From the NCBI GenBank assembly GCA_033813795.1, contig JAPXRA010000001.1, positions 1-34,037 on the forward strand: a stretch of 34,037 nt of DNA, given 5' to 3'. Positions 1 through 10,121 of the stretch are shown here, piece by piece. The translations under genes and the position numbers were made by a program. Origin of the DNA: Aeromicrobium sp. Its GTDB lineage: Bacteria > Actinomycetota > Actinomycetes > Propionibacteriales > Nocardioidaceae. The first letter of the stretch is position 1; every line of letters begins with the position of its first letter. Below the pieces are notes generated by a model that was not told the origin of the DNA, made no database searches, and saw only the letters and a list, made by a program, of their open reading frames with translations.

Positions 1-1340
1 GCGCTTGGTTCAGCCACCAGAATCGACAAGTCGGTGGGCCTTCCGGCCAACTGCAGTCGAACGGACTTGACCTCGCGAACCACGCCCAGATCGAGCACCA
101 GGCCCACGCCGTCCTTTAGCCCACCAAGATCGGGTCGATTGAGGTAAATCGAGGTCTGCCAACCGGTCTGAAAATCTGAATCAAGAAGTGCCGCGGTTTG
201 CCCGGGGTTCTCGTGGTTGTCCTCACCTTGAGGGTCGAAGTCAATCACCCGAGAGATTGGCAAAACCGAAACTTCCTGGGTTGAGGTAGAACCCCGAAGC
301 GGCGCACCTTCCTTGCCGAACTCTCGCCCGACGAAAAAGGCCAAAACTCCCACCAACAGCAATGCTGTCACCAGTCCGACCAGAATCAAGGCGCGATCCA
401 TCCGGGTGAGCGAACGCAACCGCTGCAAATACAGATTGCCGCGCGATGGCGGCTTTGGTTCGAACGCCTTAGGCCGGCGCCGAGGCGGCTCCAACCCCGG
501 TGGCGGACCGCTTGGCTCAACTACCGGGTCGGCGCGCAGCAAGTCGGCCGAAACGACGTCAAACCCACCGAGGTCGTCAAACTCAGTCGCAGGGCCCTCG
601 GAGATCACATTGCGCGGGTGTCGCCCAGGCTCCAAAATGCGATCGCAGATCGAATCTAGCTCGCGACTAACTCCCGCCCGCACTTTGCGGGGCCGCAGTA
701 CATGGCCGTGTTCAGTCGGCGCTGCCCGCAAACCGTCGACTAGGCCACCTGGCCAACGACTAACCAAGCAGGCGTAGAGCAGTCGACCGATGGCGGTGAC
801 GTCGGCGGCCTGATAAGACACAAGATCGTCGGCGGAAGTTTCCTGGTCGGGCGGTCCGAGGGCAGTGGCAACGCCAAGGCCGACGATTCGAACCGCACCC
901 GTCTGCTTGAGCAGCACCTGATGTGGCGTGAGCCGACGATGCACCACCTTGGCTTGGTGCGCGTGCGCGATCGACTCGGCCACTTCGGCCACGATCGCAG
1001 CCGCGCGCTGGTTTGGTAGCGAAGATTGCCCGAGCAGATTGCTCAGCGCAGTAGCCTTCGCCCACTCGCGAACCACGCCGATCGTGCCGTTCTCTTCTGG
1101 AAGCAAGTCCAAAACGCGCAAGAAGCGGTGATCAGTGACCTCGGTAGAGCGCCGGGCAGCCTCAAGAAAGTTCTCGGCGCGTGAATCGTCCGCGGCCAAC
1201 AACTCGACCCGCACGTTTCGATGCAGCACCAGATCCACCGCACGCCAGTTCTTCACGCCGAGGGTTTCACTGACCAAGTCGGCAAGTTCGTAGCGCCCGG
1301 CAAGCAGGTCGCCAGAGACGTGGGAACGACGCTCGCTCAT
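1..1340 (-). CDS. Ser/Thr-kinase-like (pseudokinase) membrane protein, MviN/MurJ-associated; partial, runs off the window start
   Basis: Absent from the ORF track because it has no stop in the window. Manual translation from ATG 1340 (RBS AGGAGGAG upstream) gives MSERRSHVSGDLLAGRYELADLV...WRAVDLVLHRNVRVE...HAHQAKVVHRRLTPHQVLL...VRIVGLGVA, then a Pro-rich linker, a TM helix (ALILVGLVTALLLVGVLAFFVG) and an extracellular domain (DFDPQG...GVGLVLDLG). Confidence 0.88.
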   Translation of the reverse strand, partial: MSERRSHVSGDLLAGRYELADLVSETLGVKNWRAVDLVLHRNVRVELLAADDSRAENFLEAARRSTEVTDHRFLRVLDLLPEENGTIGVVREWAKATALSNLLGQSSLPNQRAAAIVAEVAESIAHAHQAKVVHRRLTPHQVLLKQTGAVRIVGLGVATALGPPDQETSADDLVSYQAADVTAIGRLLYACLVSRWPGGLVDGLRAAPTEHGHVLRPRKVRAGVSRELDSICDRILEPGRHPRNVISEGPATEFDDLGGFDVVSADLLRADPVVEPSGPPPGLEPPRRRPKAFEPKPPSRGNLYLQRLRSLTRMDRALILVGLVTALLLVGVLAFFVGREFGKEGAPLRGSTSTQEVSVLPISRVIDFDPQGEDNHENPGQTAALLDSDFQTGWQTSIYLNRPDLGGLKDGVGLVLDLGVVREVKSVRLQLAGRPTDLSILVAEPS

Positions 1341-1386
1341 CACGACTCCTCCTGCATCTTCGGGCGCTAACTCAATCCTACGAGCG

Positions 1387-3027
1387 TCAGCGACGCAAGA
1401 CGCTGGAGATCACATATTTCAGTTCTTCGAGTCGAAGAAGCGCCGCGCTGGCGATCACTACGGCCACGCCGGCGACCGAAACGACAGCCAACTCGACTAG
1501 GGAACCTAACCAAGCGGTCGATTCGACGCCGAAAGCCAGACTCCAACCCCAGCGACCAAGAAGTAGTGCGGCGGCCGTGACTGCACACAGCGCGGCCAAG
1601 CGTAGGACGAAACTGCCCATTTGGGCGTCTGCCAGCCGACCGACTTTGCGCGACAGGATCGTTACTGAAAGGACCAGACCGATCAAGTAGGCCAAGCCGT
1701 AAGCCAGAGCGAGCCTCGTGGAGACTTCGATTGGTGCGGCTTGGTGGGTAAGGGCTAGCGCGAACACCACGTTCGCGCCGGCGATGACGGCTTGAATGTA
1801 GAACGGGGTCCGGGTGTCTTCGAGTGCGTAGAACCCGCGAAGTACCAGATAGTGAATGCTGAACATCACCATCGCCAAGGCGAACGCCGAGATGGTCGCT
1901 CCGATGGCGGCGGTGTTGCCGCGTGCGGCGCCAAATCCGGTGAGGACGGCAGCGATTTGTGTCCCAAGACAGGCGACGGCGACCGCAATTGGGGCAACCA
2001 ACATCAAGGTTAGTCGGATGGTTCGACCAAGTTCTAGTCGAAGTCGGGCGTAATTCTGGTCGGCGGCCAAGGCGGCCAAGGTCGGGATGATCGCGGTTGC
2101 TAGTGAAACTGTGATCACGCCGTGCGGCACTTGGGTGATCAAAAATCCGACGTCGTAAACGACCTGGCCGGCGCTCGCGACCTTACGTTTCGATCCTTCC
2201 AAGTCGGCGCCGGTGGCGATGCGCAGGATGGAGAAGTAGGCAATCTGATTGACCACAATGAAGGCCAGCGTCCAGGCTCCGAGTTTCAGCGTGTGGCCAA
2301 GGCCAACGCCACGAAAGTCGAACCTTGGCCGATAACGGAAGTTGACCTGACGCAAATACGGCAGCAAAACGAGCGCCTGGATCATGATCCCGGCGGTCGA
2401 ACCGATGCCGAGCAAAAGCGCCTCCCCGGTGGTGAAGCCATCGTCCGCTCCGGACTCAGCGATACCGAAAACCACGGCGTAGAGGGTCAGTACCCCCAAA
2501 GAAGAGAGGTTGTTGATGATCGGCGCCCACATCATCGGGCCGAAGCGTTCGCGCGAATTCAAGATTTGGCCAAATAGGACGAACGCGCCGTAGAAAAACA
2601 CCTGCGGCATGCAGAGCATCGCCAGCAGTTGGGCCGACTGCCGTTGGACCGCCAATTCTGGCGTGAACAGGTCGGGTTTGAAGAAAATGTGCAGCAGCCA
2701 TGGGACCGCCAGAACCAGGACAACTGTCGCGACCCCAAGAACCAGCAGACCCAGAGTGATAACCCGGTTTGAGTATGCCTCGCCGCCGTCGGCGTCGTTT
2801 TTCATCGCTCGGACGAGCTGCGGAACCAGGACCACGTTGAAAACGCCGCCAGCTACCAAGATGTAAAGCGAGTTCGGAATCGAGTTGGCGACGTTAAAAA
2901 TTGTGCCGTTTAGTGCGGTGCCGATTACGGCGAGCAGAAGGAGCGAGCGGAACATTCCGGTGATTCTTGAAACGATCGTGCCAAGCGCCATCCACGCTGA
3001 TGCTCTAGCTATTTTCGGGTCACTCAC
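1387..3027 (-). CDS. murJ: Lipid II flippase MurJ (MviN)
   Basis: 546 aa polytopic protein with MviN motifs: GTIVSRITG, FNVANSIPN, GGVFNVVLVPQLVRA, RGFYALEDTRTPF. Confidence 0.95.
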   Translation of the reverse strand: MSDPKIARASAWMALGTIVSRITGMFRSLLLLAVIGTALNGTIFNVANSIPNSLYILVAGGVFNVVLVPQLVRAMKNDADGGEAYSNRVITLGLLVLGVATVVLVLAVPWLLHIFFKPDLFTPELAVQRQSAQLLAMLCMPQVFFYGAFVLFGQILNSRERFGPMMWAPIINNLSSLGVLTLYAVVFGIAESGADDGFTTGEALLLGIGSTAGIMIQALVLLPYLRQVNFRYRPRFDFRGVGLGHTLKLGAWTLAFIVVNQIAYFSILRIATGADLEGSKRKVASAGQVVYDVGFLITQVPHGVITVSLATAIIPTLAALAADQNYARLRLELGRTIRLTLMLVAPIAVAVACLGTQIAAVLTGFGAARGNTAAIGATISAFALAMVMFSIHYLVLRGFYALEDTRTPFYIQAVIAGANVVFALALTHQAAPIEVSTRLALAYGLAYLIGLVLSVTILSRKVGRLADAQMGSFVLRLAALCAVTAAALLLGRWGWSLAFGVESTAWLGSLVELAVVSVAGVAVVIASAALLRLEELKYVISSVLRR

Positions 3028-5023
3028 GGGCGCGTCTCTTTCCCAAAAATCGCCTGGCCCAAGTGGCCACGAAGAGCAAACCTGCGGCTGCCATTGCGAG
3101 CCAACCGATCAAACCGACCTTGCTCGAGCGCACGTTGAAGGTGGCATCTTGGCCGAACTGTTGATCCAGTGGAGTAACCAGAAATGCTGAAACCGTGCTG
3201 GAGTTTTGCTCCCCAAGGTCGGCTTCAACAGTCACGGTGTGCCGGTCTCCGGCCGCAATTCTGACCACATCAATGTCACCAAAACGAATACCTGGATTAT
3301 CGGCGGACAACCGGATACCAACTCGAATCGCCGACTCGGTGTCGTTGGCGATCGTCAGCGGGAAACTTCCCTTGGTGCTGCTCAGGGTGATGGCCGAGGG
3401 TGTTTCTATCCGGATCTGACTCAGTTTGCTTTCTAGCCGAGCTGTTTCAGTAACCGCGAGCTTGCGTGCCTGAGTTTGGTTCTTTCGCCAGTTGACCGAA
3501 ATGGCTGCGGCAATTTCGCGGTCTGATTGTTGGTTTGAGTTGTTTACCACTACCGAGTCGAAGCGGGACGCCAACTCCGACCACGCTGCTACCTGACTCA
3601 AGTAGCCGCCGCTAAGAGATTTCGTTGAAACGGTCTTAGGGAGTTGCCCGGTGTATTGGGTGAGTTGTCCGTTTAGCAGGTCGGCGGCCGTGGTTGGCTT
3701 GGTCAGCCCCGCCGAGCCGGCCGCGGTTAGTGCGGTGGTGAACGCCCGGCCGGCGTTACTGCCGGGGTCCCAGTCCGGATCGACGAAGGTCAGCGCGTCA
3801 GCGCGCGAAGATGGTGACTTTTTGCGCGAAAACAGTGCCAGGGCCGCATCGGTGAGGACTTGTTGACGCAAGGTGGCAGGGGTGGTCTTGCCAGGGGTTT
3901 TAGCCAGCGAACTATCGACGATGACTTGCGCATCACCGGCAGAGGTTTTTACCGAAATGGCAGATCCAAGATCTTGAGACCAAGCTGAAACGGTTGATCT
4001 AGAAAGCAGGATCAGACCAGTCGAGCGATCGCGGGCTAACGCCAGCGATTTCGCTGTTGCCCCAGCAGGAGTCGGCCAGGTCACTGCTGTGCCACTAAAG
4101 GAGTGATCTGACAGAGTCGAATCGGTCGCCGAGGAAACCCGCGAAAGCAGTTTTGTGGCGTGTTGCTGATGTCGAGAAAGTGCTAACTCGTCTGGGCGGC
4201 CGTAGCCGAGCACCCAACTGGCCGAAGTCGAGGTGAGGCTTCGAAGGTCAGTCAGCCAAGCGTCAAGCCAACTCACTTGAGTCTGATTCAGGCCAGCAGC
4301 GCTGGCCACTTCGCCGTTGAGTAACTCTCCGAGCAGGTCGATCAAGGCAGGATCAAGAACTACTGTTCGCCCAGCCGAGGGGGTTTTTGCGGCAGCGTTC
4401 AAGTAACGGCGCAAGCGGCCGTCGTTAGTCGATTTAGCCAACTGAAGCGGCGTCGATTTGGCAATGTCGTCGGTAACGGTGAACGGCCAGATCAGACCAG
4501 CGTTTATCGAAATGCTCGGATCGGAAACTAGCGGGATAAACGTCGTTGCCTTGGCTACCGCGTCGTTTGACCGAACGCCTTGGTAGTCGGTCGCCAAGAT
4601 CTGTACGCCGGCGGGGTAGACACCAGATGCGCCAGTCAAACCGAGGCGACTGATTGGCACTTTGATGGTGAACTTCTTTGCTGCCTGTGGTGCCAAGACC
4701 CCAAGTTCAGCAAAGCGACCGACATCAACGATCCGGGTCCCGGTGTAGGAGGTGCCTTCGGCTATTACTTCTTCGAGGTCAGCGCGACTGGTGAATCCAG
4801 TTCGCGGCATTACCAAATAGGCCTGAACATCGGTCCAAGTCGTGGTCCCGGTGTTTGTGACTTTGCCGGTCACCTCAACGGTTTTTGCCCCCGCCAGGTT
4901 CGTTGGCGAGATCTGGTCGATTTGCGCCGCCAGCGAGGATGAATCAGTAGCAGTTGCCGGTGCGGAGATGCCAAATAGCGAAACGACGACTGCAAGAGCA
5001 GTCAGGATTCGCGGCCAGGTCAC
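3020..5023 (-). CDS. DUF6049-like exported, C-terminally membrane-anchored protein (Rv3909-like)
   Basis: Signal peptide from GTG 5023 (MTWPRILTALAVVVSLFGISAPATA), GVYPAGVQ motif, C-terminal FPLTIAND Ig-like region and TM helix. Its stop overlaps the murJ start, matching the conserved position upstream of murJ. Start trimmed from ORF-track 5098. Confidence 0.75.
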   Translation of the reverse strand: MTWPRILTALAVVVSLFGISAPATATDSSSLAAQIDQISPTNLAGAKTVEVTGKVTNTGTTTWTDVQAYLVMPRTGFTSRADLEEVIAEGTSYTGTRIVDVGRFAELGVLAPQAAKKFTIKVPISRLGLTGASGVYPAGVQILATDYQGVRSNDAVAKATTFIPLVSDPSISINAGLIWPFTVTDDIAKSTPLQLAKSTNDGRLRRYLNAAAKTPSAGRTVVLDPALIDLLGELLNGEVASAAGLNQTQVSWLDAWLTDLRSLTSTSASWVLGYGRPDELALSRHQQHATKLLSRVSSATDSTLSDHSFSGTAVTWPTPAGATAKSLALARDRSTGLILLSRSTVSAWSQDLGSAISVKTSAGDAQVIVDSSLAKTPGKTTPATLRQQVLTDAALALFSRKKSPSSRADALTFVDPDWDPGSNAGRAFTTALTAAGSAGLTKPTTAADLLNGQLTQYTGQLPKTVSTKSLSGGYLSQVAAWSELASRFDSVVVNNSNQQSDREIAAAISVNWRKNQTQARKLAVTETARLESKLSQIRIETPSAITLSSTKGSFPLTIANDTESAIRVGIRLSADNPGIRFGDIDVVRIAAGDRHTVTVEADLGEQNSSTVSAFLVTPLDQQFGQDATFNVRSSKVGLIGWLAMAAAGLLFVATWARRFLGKRRARE

Positions 5024-5082
5024 TCGGTAATCGTAGTGGCCACGATCCAGTAGCCGGTGAACCCCGCAACTGCGCCCGGGAT

Positions 5083-6507
5083 CTACCGCGCGGCCCACCA
5101 GGCCTTCAGCGCCTCGATTGCCTGGTCTTGAGAAAGCGGGCCGCGGTCCATTCGAAGGTCAAGCAAGAACCGATATGCCTGACCGACTTCGCGGCCCGGA
5201 CCAACCCCGAGGATTTCCATAATCTGGTTTCCGTCCAAGTCCGGCCGGATGGCGTTCAACTCTTCGGCGGCACTCAGTTGGACGATCCGGGCTTCAAGGT
5301 GATCGTAGGTTTGCTGAAGTTTGAGTGCTTTTCGTGGATTTCGGGTGGTGCTGTCGGCCCGGGTGAGGATGTGCAAGCGGTCAAGTTGATCACCGGCGTC
5401 ACGTACATAGCGCCGAACGGCCGAATCAGTCCACTCACCGGTGCCATAGCCGTGGAAACGCAAGTGCAGTTCCACAAGTTTGGACACGTCGTCGATCAAC
5501 TCGTTGGGATACCGCAGTTCTCTAAGTCGCTTGCGCGTCATTTTCGCGCCAACCACGTCGTGATGATGGAACGTCACCGAACCGTCACCTTGAAAACGAC
5601 GGGTCTTTGGCTTGCCGATGTCGTGCAACAGGGCGGCGATCCGAATGGTCAGGTCTGGTTTGGATTCCAAGCGGTACTCAAGATCGATCGCCTGCTCAAG
5701 CACAGTGAGTGAATGTTCGTAGACATCCTTGTGCCGGTGATGCTCGTCGCGTTCAAGTTCCAGAGCGGGAAGTTCAGGCAGAATCTGGGTTGCAAGACCG
5801 GTTCGGACCAGCACCCGCAGTCCGGCCACCGGGTTGTCCGACAGCAGCAGTTTGGAGAACTCGTCGCGCACTCGTTCGGCTGAGACGATCGAGATCCGTT
5901 CGGCCGAGACCGTCATCGCTGAAATGACGTCATCGGCGACGATGAAACCGAGTTGACCGACGAATCTGGCGGCGCGCATCATCCGCAGTGGGTCGTCGCC
6001 GAAGGAAATCTCTGGCCCGATGGGGGTGCGGATCGTTTGGTCGGCCAAGTCGTCGAGGCCACCGTGTTCGTCGATGAACTCACCGCCCGGAAGTCGCATC
6101 GCCATCGCATTGACGGTGAAGTCGCGGCGTGCCAGGTCATCTTCGATGCATCTACCAAAGGCCACCTCCGGTTTGCGCGAACTCGGATCGTACTTGTCGC
6201 AGCGGTAGGTGGTGATTTCGAGTTGGTGCTCACCCTTGCGAAGGGCGATCGTCCCGAACTGACGGCCGACATCCCAAGTGGTATCGGCCCACTCGCCGAT
6301 CGTTTCCTCGATCTGTTCGGGCGTTGCCGAGGTGGTGAAATCCAGATCGGTTACCTGCCGACCGAGCAGAGCGTCACGCACGGGTCCGCCGACTAGGGCC
6401 AACTCGTGTCCGGCTTGGGCGAACAGTGCACCCACCTCGGTCAAGATCGGTTGGGTACGCAGTAGCAGGTCAAGGCGCTTTTTCTCATGCGCGGTCAGTT
6501 CGGCCAC
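5083..6507 (-). CDS. cca: CCA tRNA nucleotidyltransferase with HD domain
   Basis: Motifs LVGGPVRD, DLDFTT, RRDFTVNAMA, DDPLRMMRAARF, ERVRDE and HD domain LLHDIGKP. Start set at GTG 6507 (MAELTAHE), 8 nt after a TAGAAT -10; the ORF-track extension overlaps ppgK. Confidence 0.93.
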   Translation of the reverse strand: MAELTAHEKKRLDLLLRTQPILTEVGALFAQAGHELALVGGPVRDALLGRQVTDLDFTTSATPEQIEETIGEWADTTWDVGRQFGTIALRKGEHQLEITTYRCDKYDPSSRKPEVAFGRCIEDDLARRDFTVNAMAMRLPGGEFIDEHGGLDDLADQTIRTPIGPEISFGDDPLRMMRAARFVGQLGFIVADDVISAMTVSAERISIVSAERVRDEFSKLLLSDNPVAGLRVLVRTGLATQILPELPALELERDEHHRHKDVYEHSLTVLEQAIDLEYRLESKPDLTIRIAALLHDIGKPKTRRFQGDGSVTFHHHDVVGAKMTRKRLRELRYPNELIDDVSKLVELHLRFHGYGTGEWTDSAVRRYVRDAGDQLDRLHILTRADSTTRNPRKALKLQQTYDHLEARIVQLSAAEELNAIRPDLDGNQIMEILGVGPGREVGQAYRFLLDLRMDRGPLSQDQAIEALKAWWAAR

Positions 6508-6569
6508 AAGGAGATATTCTACGCCGCGAGTTCTGCCAGTCGATTCGTTGCGATCTGATGGTGACTGCT

Positions 6570-7319
6570 TCAGCCGGCAACACCGAGTGCGGCCGCCCCG
6601 ATGATGCCGGCATTGTTGCGGTGACTCGCGGCCACGATCGGGGTCGCCAAATCCAGCAACGGCAAGAACTGATCTGCCTGCTTGCTGATCCCGCCGCCGA
6701 CAACGAACAGGCTCGGGGTCAATAGTTTTTCGAGTTGAGTGAAGTACGCGGTCAACCGTTCGGCCCATTCCTGCCACGACAGGCCCTCGTTTTCATGGAC
6801 GCTCGCGGCGCACCACTTTTCGACGTCGCGGTGGCCGTTGACTTCGAGGTGGCCCAGTTCTGAGTTCGGGATCAACTGGCCGTGATGGATCAAGGCGGTG
6901 CCGATCCCGGTGCCCAAAGTGACGACGCACACGAGGCCGTCTTGGCCTTTTGCCGCGCCGTACTTCGACTCGGCGACCCCGGCAGCGTCAGCATCGTTGA
7001 CCACGTGAACCTCGTGCCCCAACACTTCGGTGAACAGGGCGTCGACGTCGGTGCCGATCCAAGACTTGTCGATATTTGCCGCGGACTTTGCCACGCCGCG
7101 GTCGACCACTGCGGGGATCGCAACGCCGATTTGGGTCACCTGGCCGCCAAGGTCGTACTGGCTAACGATTTGGGCGGCAACTTGAGCAACCGCGAGCGGG
7201 GTTGCCGGCCTGGGGGTCGCGATTCGCACCCGATTGGCGATGAGTTCGCCGGCGGCCAGGTCGACCGGCGCGCCTTTGGTCCCAGTGCCACCAATGTCGA
7301 TCCCGAAACCGATATTCAC
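6570..7319 (-). CDS. ppgK: Polyphosphate/ATP glucokinase (ROK family)
   Basis: Motifs [70 protein letters not shown]. Confidence 0.92.
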   Translation of the reverse strand: MNIGFGIDIGGTGTKGAPVDLAAGELIANRVRIATPRPATPLAVAQVAAQIVSQYDLGGQVTQIGVAIPAVVDRGVAKSAANIDKSWIGTDVDALFTEVLGHEVHVVNDADAAGVAESKYGAAKGQDGLVCVVTLGTGIGTALIHHGQLIPNSELGHLEVNGHRDVEKWCAASVHENEGLSWQEWAERLTAYFTQLEKLLTPSLFVVGGGISKQADQFLPLLDLATPIVAASHRNNAGIIGAAALGVAG

Positions 7320-7370
7320 CCGCTCACCCTATTCTTTGAAAGTGAACTTTCGTCAAAGCCGGGCCAACTG

Positions 7371-8315
7371 ATGGCCGGCGGACTCTTTGCTCTCCTAGAT
7401 GACGTAGCGGTACTGGCCAAAATGGCGGCCGCCTCGGTCGACGATGTGGCCGCCGCAGCGGGTAAGGCCAGTGCCAAAGCCGCGGGGGTGATCGTCGACG
7501 ACGCGGCGGTGACACCGCGCTACGTGGACGGTTTGGAATCGAACCGAGAACTGTCGATTATCGGCCGGATCGCCAAGGGCTCGATTCGCAACAAACTGGT
7601 CTTCATCTTGCCGGCCCTGCTTTTGCTGAGCCAGTTCCTGCCGATGCTGCTGACTCCACTTTTGATGCTCGGCGGAACCTACCTCTGTTTTGAGGGCGTG
7701 GAGAAACTCTGGCACGCGATCAAGCCGTCGCACGAGGCCGAAGTGCAAACCGCTTCGCAAAAAGGACCAGAAGCCGAAGACCAGATTGTTTCCAGTGCGA
7801 CGCGCACCGACTTCATTCTTTCGGCCGAGATCATGGTGATCGCCCTGAACGAAGTGGCTAACGAACCGTTGCTTTCCCGAGCGATCATCTTGGCACTGGT
7901 GGCCTTGCTCATCACGGCCCTGGTCTACGGGGTAGTCGCGCTGATCGTCCGGATGGACGACTTCGGCCTCAAACTGGCGGGGCGGTCTTCACGACTTTCC
8001 CAACGAACCGGTCTGCTCTTGGTCAAGGCGATGCCCAAGGTGATGGGCGCGCTTTCGGTGATCGGTGTTGCCGCGATGCTCTGGGTCGGCGGCCACATCT
8101 TGTTGGTCGGCTTCGACGACCTTGGTTGGCACACGCTCTACGGCGCGGTTCACGAACTGGAGCACCAGGTCGAGCACCTGATGCCGTTTGGTGACGAGGC
8201 GTTCAGTTGGTTGGCCAACACCGTTGCTTCGGCCCTGCTCGGCTTGGCGATCGGCACGGTCGTGGTCTTGGTGATCAACTCGTTCCACCGAATCAAAGGC
8301 AGCGAGGCGCACTGA
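7371..8315 (+). CDS. DUF808 (YedI-like) inner membrane protein
   Basis: From ATG 7371: MAGGLFALLDDVA, KAAGVIVDDAAVTPRYV, RTDFILSAEIMVIAL, AAMLWVGGHIL. The ORF-track extension to 6882 is antisense to ppgK. Confidence 0.88.
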   Translation: MAGGLFALLDDVAVLAKMAAASVDDVAAAAGKASAKAAGVIVDDAAVTPRYVDGLESNRELSIIGRIAKGSIRNKLVFILPALLLLSQFLPMLLTPLLMLGGTYLCFEGVEKLWHAIKPSHEAEVQTASQKGPEAEDQIVSSATRTDFILSAEIMVIALNEVANEPLLSRAIILALVALLITALVYGVVALIVRMDDFGLKLAGRSSRLSQRTGLLLVKAMPKVMGALSVIGVAAMLWVGGHILLVGFDDLGWHTLYGAVHELEHQVEHLMPFGDEAFSWLANTVASALLGLAIGTVVVLVINSFHRIKGSEAH

Positions 8316-8340
8316 GCCACAGCAGGCGGTTTTTGGGCAA

Positions 8341-8392
8341 TAAAGAACCCACCTTGTTCAGCAGGTCCGAAGCGAACAAGGTGGGTTCTTTA
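8341..8392. terminator. Probable bidirectional intrinsic terminator hairpin
   Basis: Perfect 19-bp inverted repeat TAAAGAACCCACCTTGTTC (8341-8359) / GAACAAGGTGGGTTCTTTA (8374-8392) between the convergent DUF808 and ino1 stops. Confidence 0.8.
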
Positions 8393-8405
8393 GTTCAGTT
8401 GAGGC

Positions 8406-9506
8406 TCAGCGCTCTTCTTCACCGCGAATGAACGCTTCGAGGCGGGCGCGGCCTTCGCCGTCTTCGCGCTGCTCTGGCGGGGACTTCATCAGGTAGGACG
8501 AAGCCGACAGCAGCGCACCGGAGATCCCGCGGTCCTTGGCGATCTTGGCGGCGCGGATCGCGTCGATGATGATGCCAGCGGAGTTCGGCGAATCCCAAAC
8601 TTCGAGCTTGTATTCCAAGTTCAACGGCGCGTCGCCAAACGCACGGCCTTCGAGACGGACGTAGGCCCACTTGCGATCGTCGAGCCAAGCAACGTAGTCG
8701 CTCGGGCCGATGTGGACGTTCTTGTCTTCGACCTTGCCGGCCAGTGGACCGGTCAGGTTCGAGGTGACCGCCTGGGTCTTGGAAACCTTCTTGGACTCGA
8801 GCCGGTCGCGTTCAAGCATGTTTTTGAAGTCCATGTTGCCGCCGACGTTTAGTTGATACGTGCGGTCGAGCGTGACACCACGGTCTTCGAACAACTTGGC
8901 CATGACGCGGTGGGTGATGGTCGCACCAACCTGGCTCTTGATGTCGTCACCGATGATCGGCACGCCGGCGTCCTCGAACTTCTTGGCCCACACCGGGTCC
9001 GAAGCGATGAACACCGGAAGGGCGTTCACGAAGGCAACGCCGGCATCAATCGCGCACTGAGCGTAGAACTTGTCGGCGTCCTCAGACCCAACCGGCAGGT
9101 AAGAAACCAGCACGTCGGCCTTGGTGTCCTTGAGCACCTGAACCACGTCTACCGGCTCGGCGTCGGACTCTTCGATCGTTAGACGGTAGTACTTGCCCAG
9201 GCCGTCGAGGGTGTGGCCGCGCTGCACCGTGATGCCGGTAGGTGGCACATCGGCGATCTTGATGGTGTTGTTCTCGCTGGCGCGGGTGGCCTCGGCCAGA
9301 TCGAAACCGACCTTCTTGGCGTCGACGTCGAACGCAGCGACGAACTCAACATCGCCGACGTGGTAGTCGCCGAACTGAACGTGCATCAAACCAGGCACGG
9401 TCTGATCGGCGGGCGTGTTCTTGTAGAACTCGACGCCTTCAATTAGTGACGTGGCGCAGTTGCCGACACCGACGATTGCCACGCGGACCTTGTTCTCCGT
9501 GGACAT
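8406..9506 (-). CDS. ino1: myo-inositol-1(3)-phosphate synthase
   Basis: From ATG 9506 ([18 protein letters not shown]), with [56 protein letters not shown]. Confidence 0.96.
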   Translation of the reverse strand: MSTENKVRVAIVGVGNCATSLIEGVEFYKNTPADQTVPGLMHVQFGDYHVGDVEFVAAFDVDAKKVGFDLAEATRASENNTIKIADVPPTGITVQRGHTLDGLGKYYRLTIEESDAEPVDVVQVLKDTKADVLVSYLPVGSEDADKFYAQCAIDAGVAFVNALPVFIASDPVWAKKFEDAGVPIIGDDIKSQVGATITHRVMAKLFEDRGVTLDRTYQLNVGGNMDFKNMLERDRLESKKVSKTQAVTSNLTGPLAGKVEDKNVHIGPSDYVAWLDDRKWAYVRLEGRAFGDAPLNLEYKLEVWDSPNSAGIIIDAIRAAKIAKDRGISGALLSASSYLMKSPPEQREDGEGRARLEAFIRGEEER

Positions 9507-9513
9507 GGAGACC

Positions 9514-10089
9514 TCACTTTTCCTTTGCTGTACTGCTGTCGTTTTCCGTGAACGCTTCTGCACGTTCCCGGTCGATCAGTTCGTTTAGCCAACTGATCTC
9601 ACGCTCGACCGATTCCAGGCCGTGGCGTTGAAGTTCTTTGGTGTAGCTGTCCATCCGCTCGCGCCGATCCAAGGAGGCCGACCGCACATTGGCGAGCCGT
9701 TCTTCGAGGCGCGACCTTCTGCCTTCGAGGATCCGCACCCTTGTTCGCGAGCTAGTCCGAGAAAACAAGGCAAAGTGAATCCCGAAGTTTTCGTCGTCCC
9801 AAGCTGCCGGGCCACTGTCTTCGAGCAGATCGGCGAAGTGCTCTTTTCCTTCAGCGGTCAGGCGGTACACGATTCGTGGCCGCTTCGCTGTGGTTGAGGC
9901 TTCAGTGTCAGCGGTGATGTAGCCGGCCCGGGTGAGCTGTTTGAGGCACGGATACAAAGTGCCGTAGGAGAGCAATCGCGTCCAACCGAGCAGGCTGTTG
10001 ACGTACTTGCGCAGTTCATAGCCATGCATCGGGGCATCAGAAAGTAGGCCGAGCACGGCCAACTCCAATGTTGTTCCCTTGCGGGCCAT
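9514..10089 (-). CDS. PadR-family transcriptional regulator co-transcribed with ino1 (Rv0047c-like)
   Basis: ATG 10089 with AGGAGG RBS; [48 protein letters not shown]. Its stop is 7 nt upstream of the ino1 start. Confidence 0.92.
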   Translation of the reverse strand: MARKGTTLELAVLGLLSDAPMHGYELRKYVNSLLGWTRLLSYGTLYPCLKQLTRAGYITADTEASTTAKRPRIVYRLTAEGKEHFADLLEDSGPAAWDDENFGIHFALFSRTSSRTRVRILEGRRSRLEERLANVRSASLDRRERMDSYTKELQRHGLESVEREISWLNELIDRERAEAFTENDSSTAKEK

Positions 10090-10121
10090 CGCTTCCTCCT
10101 GCGCCCCATATTGTGAATGGC

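Noticed and set aside
313-777. 154 aa plus-strand ORF and other short ORFs in 1-1340
   Set aside because: They are antisense or off-frame shadows of the pseudokinase gene, with no motifs.
4954-5712. 252 aa plus-strand ORF (similarly 11840-12541, 19291-19971, 25384-26001, 26935-27600, 28020-28643, 33267-33920)
   Set aside because: These are typical stop-poor antisense frames of well-supported genes in GC-rich DNA, with no family motifs.
6508-6777. N-terminal extension of the cca ORF
   Set aside because: It overlaps ppgK in another frame; the -10 box and homology support the 6507 start.
6882-7370. Apparent 163 aa N-terminal domain fused to DUF808
   Set aside because: It is the antisense frame of ppgK; the DUF808 signature starts at ATG 7371.
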